Shown here: positions 16,009 to 23,844 of the stretch, piece after piece | How the letters are laid out: each line of letters opens with the position of its first letter | How positions within the stretch are numbered: the first letter of the stretch is position 1 | The notes under the pieces: model-generated | Seen by the model: only the letters and a program-made list of their open reading frames with translations | Database searches by the model: none | Told to the model about the DNA's origin: nothing | Program-made: the position numbers and the translations under genes | Origin: a virus | IMG/VR virus record: IMGVR_UViG_3300045988_106441 | Reading direction: 5' to 3' (one strand) | Length of the DNA: 44,463 nt

Positions 16009-16205
16009 TTCCACGCATCCCCTCTCTTCCACGCTTTCGTGGCGTTGGATTGCTGGGCGTAACCCGCTGTGATAGCACCGCAGGTGGAACACCGTACATA
16101 GTGCTTAAACGGTGCGTCCGTAGACTGCACCCGCTCACCGCTGTCCATGCCGCACACCGGGCAGAGATCCAGCGGATGGCGCTCATGCCGGTTCTTTCTG
16201 TTCAT
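16005..16205 (-). CDS. Lar-like (restriction alleviation) zinc-ribbon protein
   Basis: LCPVCG...VRCSTCGAITAGYAQQSNATKAWKRG resembles the Lar family pattern (CPFCG...C..CG...A...WN.R). Confidence 0.45.
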   Translation of the reverse strand: MNRKNRHERHPLDLCPVCGMDSGERVQSTDAPFKHYVRCSTCGAITAGYAQQSNATKAWKRGDAWK

Positions 16206-16327
16206 CGCGCGCTCACCACCATGTACGCAATGGTGATCAGCAGTAGGGCCAGAAAACTCATAAAGCCAATCCATGCGGAGGCGTCCGCCTTCCGCTGCTC
16301 TCTGGTGCGCCGTTCATGCTTTCTCAT
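16202..16327 (-). CDS. Micro-ORF, 41 aa, one TM helix
   Basis: Hand translation gives MRKHERRTREQRKADASAWIGFMSFLALLLITIAYMVVSAR. Preceded by GAAGGAGGGAAT, with an ATGA overlap downstream. Confidence 0.4.
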   Translation of the reverse strand: MRKHERRTREQRKADASAWIGFMSFLALLLITIAYMVVSAR

Positions 16328-16421
16328 GCGGATTCCCTCCTTCAATCAGGTCAACGATTTTGAATACCCAAGTGGCCGCATACGCCACGCCAACGATCAT
16401 AAAGAACAGATTCCAGTTCAT
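16314..16421 (-). CDS. Micro-ORF, 35 aa, one TM helix
   Basis: MNWNLFFMIVGVAYAATWVFKIVDLIEGGNPHEKA. Preceded by AGAGGGGGA, with an ATGA overlap with the upstream micro-ORF. Confidence 0.35.
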   Translation of the reverse strand: MNWNLFFMIVGVAYAATWVFKIVDLIEGGNPHEKA

Positions 16422-16570
16422 TGCTTCACGTCCCCCTCTTTGGTGTAAACACCGTCAAATTCAAGGCCGTTTTCCCGCGACCAGATCTTGCCGAACTCCG
16501 TCATGATCTTCACCGGGTCAGGCGGGGATACCCAAATGATCCGGTATTCAATCTTCCGTTTTTTTGCCAT
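16418..16570 (-). CDS. Micro-ORF, 50 aa
   Basis: MAKKRKIEYRIIWVSPPDPVKIMTEFGKIWSRENGLEFDGVYTKEGDVKQ. First ORF after the hairpin at 16639-16676. Confidence 0.4.
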   Translation of the reverse strand: MAKKRKIEYRIIWVSPPDPVKIMTEFGKIWSRENGLEFDGVYTKEGDVKQ

Positions 16571-16638
16571 TGCCTTTTCCTTTCCCCTGTGCTAAAATAG
16601 CCACAGGACACATATCTGAGCCTAAGATTTGTTCCGCC

Positions 16639-16676
16639 GCCCTGCCCGGTCTGCAACACCGGGCGGGGCATTTTTT
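16639..16676 (+). terminator. Intrinsic-terminator-like hairpin with a T-run on the plus strand only
   Basis: 11-bp GC-rich stem (16639-16649 pairs with 16659-16669), followed by aTTTTTTatt. The minus-strand side has no U-run. Confidence 0.5.
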
Positions 16677-16878
16677 ATTCCCCATCGCTGGATTTGAACA
16701 GTTCGTCCACCGTCACGCCGTACATCCTTGCCAGCTTCTTGTGGTACTTACGTGCCGGTCGCCAGTCGCCCAGCTCCCAATGCGTCACACAGGACAAGTC
16801 CACATTCAGTTTCTTTGCTACCTGTGCACGGGTCAGGCTGGAACGTTCTCGCAGTTCTCTCAATGCCAAATCATGCAT
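16675..16878 (-). CDS. Cro-like XRE HTH regulator (start uncertain)
   Basis: LRELRERSSLTRAQVAKKLNVDLSCVTHWELGDWRPARKYHKKLARMYGVTVDELF. Divergent from the CI-like gene. AAAGGAGG abuts ATG 16878; the ORF track gives a GTG alternative at 16932. Confidence 0.7.
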   Translation of the reverse strand: MHDLALRELRERSSLTRAQVAKKLNVDLSCVTHWELGDWRPARKYHKKLARMYGVTVDELFKSSDGE

Positions 16879-16925
16879 CCTCCTTTCAATACCCGCCGAA
16901 ACCTCATGAATGTGAGAAATCACGC

Positions 16926-16954
16926 TTGACACGACCCGGAAAGCGTATTACAAT
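16926..16954 (+). promoter_or_regulatory. Candidate sigma70-type promoter facing the repressor gene
   Basis: TTGACA (16926-16931), 17 nt, TACAAT (16949-16954). Confidence 0.45.
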
Positions 16955-17032
16955 GAAATCGCCAAAAGACATTGCAAGAGCCGCTTTTATGGGGGCTGGT
17001 TTTCGTGTACCCTTTTCCGGTGGGCTTAGGTA

Positions 17033-17061
17033 TATGATACCTCACAAAATTTAACTTTGCA
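17033..17061 (-). promoter_or_regulatory. Candidate early promoter facing the cro-like gene
   Basis: On the minus strand: TTGCAA, 17 nt, TATCAT. TTAACTTTG direct repeats at 17050-17058 and 17081-17089 are possible operators. Confidence 0.4.
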
Positions 17062-17118
17062 ATAGCGATTCCTAAATTTTTTTAACTTTGGCGAATGTGA
17101 CAAATCTGAGGTTTATTT

Positions 17119-17496
17119 ATGGACATTGTGTTGGAGCGCATATTAAGCCTTATCCCCAAGGGTCCAGATGGGAAATATGTGCATGGCGCAAAAACGAAAT
17201 TTGCAAAGAAGATTGGATACAACGATGGCGCAATCGTTGCTATGTGGGAGAACGGAAGCAGCATTTCATACAATAAAAAGCTGTACCAAATAGCCGAAGA
17301 ATACAATGTGTCCGTTGAATGGCTCCAGGGCAAAACGGAAGATAAGAGCATAAAAGAAACCCCCGATCCAAAGATCGAGGGTGTGAGCGCGGAAGCGCAG
17401 GAAATATTAGATTATATCCGGGGTGCGACACCCGCCGAACTGGCGGAAGTCTGCCGGTATATCGGGTATCTGAAAAGCAAGAGGAGCACGGAATGA
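17119..17496 (+). CDS. CI-like repressor (XRE HTH)
   Basis: TKFAKKIGYNDGAIVAMWENGSSISYNKKLYQIAEEYNVSVEWLQGKT. Divergent from the early operon. AT-richer than the structural genes by eye. Confidence 0.75.
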   Translation: MDIVLERILSLIPKGPDGKYVHGAKTKFAKKIGYNDGAIVAMWENGSSISYNKKLYQIAEEYNVSVEWLQGKTEDKSIKETPDPKIEGVSAEAQEILDYIRGATPAELAEVCRYIGYLKSKRSTE

Positions 17497-17936
17497 AACT
17501 GAACCCAGATTGCTTGCGGGATATTATGCTTTTGGTCGAAGATCGTATTTCCGTTGAAACTGCGATTGAAAATCCAAATGGGCTAAGAAAATTTAGCTAT
17601 GTCAGCATTCCCTGTTTGGTGCGCTTGCTTCCTGACAGCTATTCAAAAGAGGAGATCATATATCATGTTGTACAGCTTTCAGAAAGCGGATACTTAAAAA
17701 CAGATTTTTCCTTTGCAACAAGCGAAATGTTTGGATACTTTTACTTGAATACAATTTATCACATCACGCCAAAAGGCCATGACTTTATCGCAAACATCGG
17801 GGGAAAAGAAAGCTGGGCAAAAACAAACGCTGTTTTAAAATCCTTGAAGTCAATATCTCTATCGGTAATTGAAACGGTGGCAAAGGGTATCACTTCGGCC
17901 ATAGTAGATCAATACATTGCAGGCTTTCAGGCATAA
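17493..17936 (+). CDS. DUF2513-like winged-helix protein
   Basis: IIYHVVQLSESGYLK...ITPKGHDFIANIGGKESWAKT resembles DUF2513. ATGA-coupled to the repressor gene. Confidence 0.6.
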   Translation: MKLNPDCLRDIMLLVEDRISVETAIENPNGLRKFSYVSIPCLVRLLPDSYSKEEIIYHVVQLSESGYLKTDFSFATSEMFGYFYLNTIYHITPKGHDFIANIGGKESWAKTNAVLKSLKSISLSVIETVAKGITSAIVDQYIAGFQA

Positions 17937-18159
17937 TACTGTACCCGCCGTCATTATTGGCGGTTACAGAAATGGGAGCGCTCTTGAATGCTCCTTGCTT
18001 TAGCGTTTCATAATTGCTGCATTTAATAGCCTCCGCCAAACAGCCCGGAACAAGCGTAGCGCATTCCGCCGAAATGCCAGACGCTTCCAATACGTTGAGA
18101 CACGCGTTTACGGCTTTAAGGACGTTGGGATTTTCATACCACAATTGATTATACACCAT
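17890..18159 (-). CDS. Hypothetical protein (89 aa)
   Basis: ORF after AAAGGAGGAAACG. Its 3' end overlaps the convergent DUF2513-like gene by 47 nt. Confidence 0.45.
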   Translation of the reverse strand: MVYNQLWYENPNVLKAVNACLNVLEASGISAECATLVPGCLAEAIKCSNYETLKQGAFKSAPISVTANNDGGYSIMPESLQCIDLLWPK

Positions 18160-18268
18160 CGTTTCCTCCTTTAATCATTCGCAGCAATTCTACCTGTTCC
18201 TCTTGCGGCAAAAGCAGTACGGCATGCATCAGTTTGTTGCGAATTTCTTCAAGCTGTTCTGTTGCCAT
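18149..18268 (-). CDS. Micro-ORF (39 aa) coupled to 17890..18159
   Basis: MATEQLEEIRNKLMHAVLLLPQEEQVELLRMIKGGNDGV. Overlaps the downstream start. Confidence 0.35.
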   Translation of the reverse strand: MATEQLEEIRNKLMHAVLLLPQEEQVELLRMIKGGNDGV

Positions 18269-18457
18269 TATATCACAGTTTGCCGGTAAATCCAACATCT
18301 ATGTATCCTCCGTTCATCATTTGCGAATAGAACGTCTGTTCGATTATTATAGCACACCACCATGATTTTGCAACCGCAAGATATGGGGGCATGACGGTTG
18401 CCCGCGCATATTGAATATTTACATATACGCATATAAAAGAATGAAAGGAGCTTTACT

Positions 18458-18706
18458 ATGATTTGCCCTAATTGCGGAAGCGAAAATGTAACAATCTCTA
18501 TGGAGCAAGTGTCAAGTAAAACCAAAAAGCACGGGAACGGCATCGGAGGCCATATTAACAATGCTGCTCGCGGCTTGATGGCGGTATCAACCCTTGGCAT
18601 GTCTAATCTCGTGTGGAAGAAAAGCAAAGGTGGCGAAAAGACCGTTGTAAAAAATCAAAAGATTTGCCTTTGCCAGAATTGCGGAAACTCTTGGGAAATA
18701 AAGTAA
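18458..18706 (+). CDS. Zinc-ribbon protein
   Basis: MICPNCGSENV...CLCQNCGNSWEIK. RBS AAAGGAG. AT-rich upstream region. Confidence 0.6.
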   Translation: MICPNCGSENVTISMEQVSSKTKKHGNGIGGHINNAARGLMAVSTLGMSNLVWKKSKGGEKTVVKNQKICLCQNCGNSWEIK

Positions 18707-18910
18707 GTGAAAAACCCGGCCCCGCCGCCTCTGCAACAAACGGCGGAGCCGGAAGCAAGCCGGGGGACGTCGGCTTGCCGTAATCAAAGCGTAGCAAAAA
18801 CAGGGTTGGGTGGGCAAGTCCCAAAGCTTGGTTTTTGGCATTTTCAGCCGTTTAAAAGTTTGTGCCGCCTTTACCCATATTTTGATTTTGGGGGTAAGGA
18901 GGCACTTTTT

Positions 18911-19345
18911 ATGACCATTCAGGAAGTTTGTAAGGCGAAACGTAACGCTTTGGGTATGACCATTCAGGACATAGCTGAAGCATCGGGGATTCCGCCGTCT
19001 ACCGTCAACAATTTCTTTACCCATGCTTCCAAGGCCCCCTATATCTCCACGGTTGGGCCAATATGCGCCGTCCTTGGCGTGTCGCTGGATGAATTTTACG
19101 GCATCGGAGATCATCTGACGGCCAGTGAGGAAACGTTGCAAGCGGAAAAGGACGGACTAGAACACCGCCTTGAGAACAAACGGCAGACCATCGGCCTGAT
19201 GGACACAGAACTGTGCAATCTTTGGCACTCCGTGAAGCTATACAGGTGGATCATACTCGGTTTGTCACTATTGATCATCGGGCTTTTTGCCTGGTGCGTT
19301 TGGGTTGACATCCATTGTGCCAACTATGGATTTTGGAGGGGATAA
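18911..19345 (+). CDS. Membrane-anchored XRE HTH protein
   Basis: Start MTIQEVCKAKRNALGMTIQDIAEASGIPPSTVNNF follows TAAGGAGG. Coiled coil, then a C-terminal TM helix (WIILGLSLLIIGLFAWCVWV). Confidence 0.7.
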   Translation: MTIQEVCKAKRNALGMTIQDIAEASGIPPSTVNNFFTHASKAPYISTVGPICAVLGVSLDEFYGIGDHLTASEETLQAEKDGLEHRLENKRQTIGLMDTELCNLWHSVKLYRWIILGLSLLIIGLFAWCVWVDIHCANYGFWRG

Positions 19346-19346
19346 C

Positions 19347-20687
19347 ATGTGCCAAAAAATAGTGGTCACTCTACCAAATAATCTACGCATCCGTGTAGCA
19401 CTGTACATCAGGGTATCGACCGAAGAACAGGCGAAGCACGGCCTGTCCCTGGCAGACCAGCGTGATGCCCTGATTGCATATGCCGCCGCACACGGCATGG
19501 AGGTGGTGGGTATTTACGAGGACGCCGGAATCAGCGCCAGAAAGCCGTATAAAAAGCGTCCGGCCTTGATGCGCCTGCTTGATGATTGCCGCGCCGGGAA
19601 AATCGACACCATCCTTTTTGTCAAGCTGGATAGGTGGTTTCGGAATGTGGCGGGGTACTACGCCGTGCAAGAGGTTCTCGACAAAAATCATGTGGATTGG
19701 CAGGCCATTAGAGAGGACTACGAAACGCGGACTGCATCAGGGCGATTGAAGGTCAATATTATGTTGTCGGTAGCGCAGGACGAAGCTGACCGCACATCGG
19801 AGCGCATTAAGGCCATCAACGAGGGCAAGAGGGCAAAGGGCCAGCCCACCAACGGGAAAACTCCTATCGGAATCTGCGTGAAGAACCGGCGCTACGACAT
19901 TGATGAAAAAACCGCAGATGCGGCGCGAGATATGTTCCCAGCCTTTATACGGCTGCAAAGCATCCTTGCGCTAAGGCGGTATATGGCAACGGAGTGGGGG
20001 ATCAAACGCTCGTACAACAAATACAAGGATGCGTTGAGAAGCCGCCTGTACTTAGGTGAGGCGTTCGGCGTGGAAAACGCATTGCCCGCGCTTGTCGATC
20101 GAGAAACTTTCGACCTTGCTGGGAAAATCTTGGAACGGCGAAGCCAGCGGAACGCCAGTGCGGATCGAATATATTTGTTTACCGGAATTCTCCGTTGCCG
20201 GGAGTGCGGTAGAAATATGCAGCCGGAGACTGTAAAGCAGGTGTACAAGTACTACCGATGCAGAACGCACACACTTGACCCAGCCGACTGCCCGCACATC
20301 CTCAGAATCCGAGAAGATGTGCTTGAGGATTACCTTCTGAGGGAATTTGAGGGGATCGCAAAAAAGTATTACTCCAAATCAAAAACCGCAGAAAAAAAGC
20401 CGCCCAAAACGGCGGAGCAAATCAAGCGGAAAATGCAAAAACTGAAAGACCTGTATCTGTCGGATTTGATTGAAATCGAAGAATACAAAAAAGACTATAC
20501 GGAATTGAAACAGCAGCTCGCGGCAATAAACCCGGAGCCTATAAAAGAATTTGACCTTGAAACATTACGGCGGGAATTGAAGGAATATCCTGATTTAGAC
20601 CGACAGGCAAAAAAGGAATTCTGGGTACGCACAATCCAGCGCATCGACGCAGACAATGACGGTGCGTTTTTTGTAACGCCAAGTTAG
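19347..20687 (+). CDS. Large serine recombinase (phage integrase)
   Basis: ALYIRVSTEEQ...GLSLADQR resolvase domain, then a recombinase domain, a zinc ribbon (CRECGRNMQ...YYRC) and a coiled coil. Start after GGAGGGGATAAC. Confidence 0.9.
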   Translation: MCQKIVVTLPNNLRIRVALYIRVSTEEQAKHGLSLADQRDALIAYAAAHGMEVVGIYEDAGISARKPYKKRPALMRLLDDCRAGKIDTILFVKLDRWFRNVAGYYAVQEVLDKNHVDWQAIREDYETRTASGRLKVNIMLSVAQDEADRTSERIKAINEGKRAKGQPTNGKTPIGICVKNRRYDIDEKTADAARDMFPAFIRLQSILALRRYMATEWGIKRSYNKYKDALRSRLYLGEAFGVENALPALVDRETFDLAGKILERRSQRNASADRIYLFTGILRCRECGRNMQPETVKQVYKYYRCRTHTLDPADCPHILRIREDVLEDYLLREFEGIAKKYYSKSKTAEKKPPKTAEQIKRKMQKLKDLYLSDLIEIEEYKKDYTELKQQLAAINPEPIKEFDLETLRRELKEYPDLDRQAKKEFWVRTIQRIDADNDGAFFVTPS

Positions 20688-20730
20688 TTTTATTTTCACG
20701 TCGCAACACTAACATTAAAATATAACTAAC
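20683..20730. other. Candidate attP core (imperfect inverted repeat next to the integrase)
   Basis: gttagttttatttt (20683-20696) against the reverse complement of aaaatataactaac (20717-20730) matches 13/14, with a 20-nt spacer. Confidence 0.3.
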
Positions 20731-20753
20731 CCCCCGGCATTTGCCGAGGGGTT
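20728..20753. terminator. Hairpin between convergent genes
   Basis: aaccccCcggc-attt-gccgAggggtt. Lies between the integrase stop (20687) and the stop of 20758..21060. Confidence 0.4.
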
Positions 20754-20757
20754 AAAT

Positions 20758-21060
20758 TTAGCTTTCCAATTTCCGCATGACGCTATTGTAAACCCGCTCG
20801 TTGACCACTTTCAAGCTGTCCATCAGCTCGTCCATAACCTCCCACGCACGGGCTGGGTCAACGTTAGACACCGCCCGGAGGAATTCGCTGTCAGGTGCGG
20901 GAGCCGCAGAATACGCCTCAACCATACGGCTTTCCCTCACTGGCTCCCGGTTCTGGTTTTGGATGGTATACAGCGCCGCCAGCTTTTCGTAGTTTGACCA
21001 GCTGGACTCTTCCGTTTCTAACCGCTTGATCCATAGCGCCACTTCTCGCTCGTCAATCAT
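20758..21060 (-). CDS. Hypothetical protein
   Basis: 100-aa ORF, last gene of the minus-strand accessory cassette. Confidence 0.6.
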   Translation of the reverse strand: MIDEREVALWIKRLETEESSWSNYEKLAALYTIQNQNREPVRESRMVEAYSAAPAPDSEFLRAVSNVDPARAWEVMDELMDSLKVVNERVYNSVMRKLES

Positions 21061-21074
21061 TGGGGCCTACCCCC

Positions 21075-21440
21075 TCAATCCTCCATCATGTCCATTGCAC
21101 GGCGCAGGGCGTCCTTGATGCGGTCATCGTCGGTCTCGCGCATCATATCGTTGATCTGGCTGCGCAGATGCTCGGTAGCGTCCGTGCGGCTGTAATGGCC
21201 ACGGACATAATGTCTCCGGGCATAGGAGCTGCCACGGCTGTAACCGCGCAGATCATCGTCCAGATACCGCCCGGAATAGCCGCGCTCGTCCATTGCCTCA
21301 ATCTTGTCGATGTTTTTGATGGTATCGGTCAGCTTGTGGGCAATGTCCAGATCCCCGGCACCCAGCTCGCCCTTGCGGATCAGCTCGTCAAGTTCCTTGC
21401 AGAGCATATCCCGCAGTTCATACATAGATTTCATTCCCAT
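21075..21440 (-). CDS. Hypothetical phage protein
   Basis: MGMKSMYELRDMLCKELDELIRKGELGAGDLDIAHKLTDTIKNIDKI follows AAAGGAGAAC. This family recurs in Firmicutes phages (from memory). Confidence 0.65.
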   Translation of the reverse strand: MGMKSMYELRDMLCKELDELIRKGELGAGDLDIAHKLTDTIKNIDKIEAMDERGYSGRYLDDDLRGYSRGSSYARRHYVRGHYSRTDATEHLRSQINDMMRETDDDRIKDALRRAMDMMED

Positions 21441-21454
21441 TGTGTTCTCCTTTC

Positions 21455-21880
21455 TCAGCAAACTCTGGTAATGATAAGGTTCGCGTTGCTCACGTCAATG
21501 GCCTCGCCACTAACGTTGCGGATGGACAGCGACGCGCAGCAGCCCTTTGTAACGTCAACGTACTCGGATGCAGCCACGTTAAAAAATGCCCCCGCAACCG
21601 TGGGCGTCACCGTCGCAACGGAGGACGGGAGCGGCTCACCGTCAACCGCAATGGCAACGGAGATGGGGCCGGGGGTCCCGCCGGTGCTTACGGCAATATT
21701 GCCGATAAAGTCCACCTTATAGCGGACGCGGCACTGGGAGCAGTTACCACGGAGGTTAAACAGGCCAGAGCCTGCGCGGTGCGTCACAAGGCCCTTAGTG
21801 CAGGGGATCGGTGCCTCGGTAAAAAGCACGTTCTGATTTGCCGCCACAGTCTGCGTGGCAATTGCAGTGTATTCAGGCAT
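21455..21880 (-). CDS. Hypothetical protein, possibly a BclA-C/C1q-like jelly-roll
   Basis: TVAANQNVLFTE...GSGLFNLRG...YKVDFIGNIAV resembles BclA C-terminal-like domains (weak, from memory). Confidence 0.5.
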   Translation of the reverse strand: MPEYTAIATQTVAANQNVLFTEAPIPCTKGLVTHRAGSGLFNLRGNCSQCRVRYKVDFIGNIAVSTGGTPGPISVAIAVDGEPLPSSVATVTPTVAGAFFNVAASEYVDVTKGCCASLSIRNVSGEAIDVSNANLIITRVC

Positions 21881-21995
21881 AGAAAACTCCTTTCATAAAA
21901 TCAGCGGCAGGGCTACTGCCCCGCCGCTTTGGTTTAGCATCGACACGGGGCCGATCATTTTGCCATTATCGGCAAAAAGCTACGCTATGCAGTTG

Positions 21996-22772
21996 TCAGC
22001 AGCCGCACCCGTTGCAGTTGTACTGATTGCCGCATCCAGTATACTGGTACGGAGCAGGAACGCTGAACGAGGGAACGGGGCGCGGATTGTAATACGCGAA
22101 CTGTGCGCTAACATAGTTGCGCATATCAAGCGTCTGAGCAGACTGAGAGGCGGCGAGGTCAGCAGCAAAAAGACGCTGGTTCTGTTCAGCAATCTTTGCA
22201 TCCTTCGCAGCGATCTCCTGTGCGGTCAGGCGCTGATCAACTCCGCGGAATCCGTTGTTCATTGCGTCGATGATGTCGCGCGTCGCGTTCTGCACCGTGT
22301 TCCGAGTATCGCAAGCCTGCGCCGCCATGTCATAGCGCACGCCCTCGATGCTGCGCTGGGTGTTGCAGCAGCACTCAGCGGCCTGCATCTGCATGGCAGT
22401 CAACTGCTGCATAAGAGCCGCCTGCTGGTTGGCGCGGGAAAGCTCGGCCTGCCCAAAGCCGTTTGCCATTGCCATGTTGGTGTTGTTGATGAGCTGAGCC
22501 TGCTGGTAAAAACCGTTGCACAGGCCATCGTTCACGCCATCAATTTTGCGTTCCACGTTGGCAAAATCGGACGTCAGCACGTAGCCATCCACCACGCCGC
22601 CGTTGCCGTTGTTGCCGAAGCCATTGCCCCAGCCACCCGCAAAGATAAACAGGAACAGAACAATGAGCCACAGAGCGCCGTTGTCGCCCCAGCCGAAACC
22701 GCCATTACCGCCAGCATTGGTGGGGGCCACAGGCATTGTCAGCATGGGAGCGCCGTCAGAGGAAAGAGACAT
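21996..22772 (-). CDS. Gly/Asn-rich membrane protein with Q-rich coiled coil and a Cys-rich tail
   Basis: GGNGGFGWGDNGALWLIVLFLFIFAGGWGNGFGNNGNGG (TM), AECCCNTQ, and a C-terminus reading YTGCGNQYNCNGCGC. Confidence 0.7.
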   Translation of the reverse strand: MSLSSDGAPMLTMPVAPTNAGGNGGFGWGDNGALWLIVLFLFIFAGGWGNGFGNNGNGGVVDGYVLTSDFANVERKIDGVNDGLCNGFYQQAQLINNTNMAMANGFGQAELSRANQQAALMQQLTAMQMQAAECCCNTQRSIEGVRYDMAAQACDTRNTVQNATRDIIDAMNNGFRGVDQRLTAQEIAAKDAKIAEQNQRLFAADLAASQSAQTLDMRNYVSAQFAYYNPRPVPSFSVPAPYQYTGCGNQYNCNGCGC

Positions 22773-22822
22773 AGAATAACTCCTTTCAGTTTTTTATTAT
22801 CAAATCGTGGCCACGATGTTGA

Positions 22823-23035
22823 TTACTTTATAAGTCCTTGAAACTGCTTCGCCATTTCTTGTAACTGGTTCAACTGCCGCTGGCTCATTCTGCCGGACTG
22901 CAGCAGCTTTTCTACCTCCGCCTTCGGGTCGCCATGAAACGAGGCCCGGAACTGGTTGAACTGCTGCATCATCTGCTGGAACCGGCCTACCGGCGTGTTC
23001 CCGCCGCCTAAAGCGTTAAAAAAGGGGTTAGCCAT
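22823..23035 (-). CDS. Hypothetical protein (Q-rich, 70 aa)
   Basis: MANPFFNALGGGN...QQMMQQFNQFR... Confidence 0.6.
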   Translation of the reverse strand: MANPFFNALGGGNTPVGRFQQMMQQFNQFRASFHGDPKAEVEKLLQSGRMSQRQLNQLQEMAKQFQGLIK

Positions 23036-23471
23036 CAGCGTCAGCCTCCTTTACCTTCTTTTTGCCCTTCATTCCGTCCACGACCGCCGCCAGCGCGTCA
23101 AATTCTTCCCGCGTGACAAACTTCACCGGGTCTGCCGTGGACGCTGTACGGGGCGTTTCTGTGCGTTCTACGAGGTCGTAGATCGTGAGAGAGGGCTTGC
23201 CGCTGGCATCCGCCTGTTTGAGATACACCGTCGGTGCGGAGCTGTCCCACAAAGCCACGGCAGCATTGGGCGCGATCATCCAGTTTCGGGCCTCCTGTTC
23301 CCCACTAACCCACTGGACGCCGCTCTGCGCCACCGGGTTTTGCGGGGCCTGCGGCATCTGGGGTGTCATAGGCTGCATCTGCTGTTGGCGCATCTGCATG
23401 AGGTTATCCGGCATAGGCGGTGCGTAATAGGGATTTTGCCATCCGTAAGGTGTGTAAGCCATTTTAGTCAT
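23028..23471 (-). CDS. Hypothetical protein (P/Q-rich N-terminus)
   Basis: 147-aa ORF: YYAPPMPDNLMQMRQQQMQPMTPQMPQAPQNP, then a globular part. Confidence 0.65.
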   Translation of the reverse strand: MTKMAYTPYGWQNPYYAPPMPDNLMQMRQQQMQPMTPQMPQAPQNPVAQSGVQWVSGEQEARNWMIAPNAAVALWDSSAPTVYLKQADASGKPSLTIYDLVERTETPRTASTADPVKFVTREEFDALAAVVDGMKGKKKVKEADADG

Positions 23472-23844
23472 CCTCCTTGACCCAGTAATACAAGATGTTC
23501 TCGTTGCTGCTGTCCCAGCTGTCCCAGATCATGCCGTCCAGCACGCAGACCACATGGCCGGATAGAGCCAGAATATAGGTGCCTTTGGGGTGATCCTCCG
23601 CAAATTGACCCACCGTGTAGCAGTCCGGGCAGGTGTCCGGCACGATGTACCGCCGGTATCCGATGCTCCGCAGATACCGCCCCCAACAGGCGTTGGCTGA
23701 CGGCATATCGCCGTCCAGATACCCTTGGATGCAGAGCCGTAAATACACCTCGCCCCACTCCATCCCGGTTGCCTTAGAGATCGCCCGCACGGTACAGTCC
23801 CCCACATTTTTTCCACAGGGATTGGGGTTGAAGTGGCTATACAT
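23464..23844 (-). CDS. Conserved phage protein with a Cys/His pair (papain-like fold candidate)
   Basis: NVGDCTVRAISKATG...ALSGHVVCVLDGMIWDSWDSS. Start at MYSHF after GGAGGGAG. Confidence 0.6.
   Translation of the reverse strand: MYSHFNPNPCGKNVGDCTVRAISKATGMEWGEVYLRLCIQGYLDGDMPSANACWGRYLRSIGYRRYIVPDTCPDCYTVGQFAEDHPKGTYILALSGHVVCVLDGMIWDSWDSSNENILYYWVKEDD

Noticed and set aside
18707-18910. The long ORF start at 18707 for the membrane HTH gene, and the two GC-rich hairpins (about 18716-18780) as a canonical terminator
   Set aside because: The first 68 codons are Pro/Gly-rich with no RBS, whereas ATG 18911 follows TAAGGAGG. The hairpins lack a downstream T-run, so termination is uncertain and they are not annotated.
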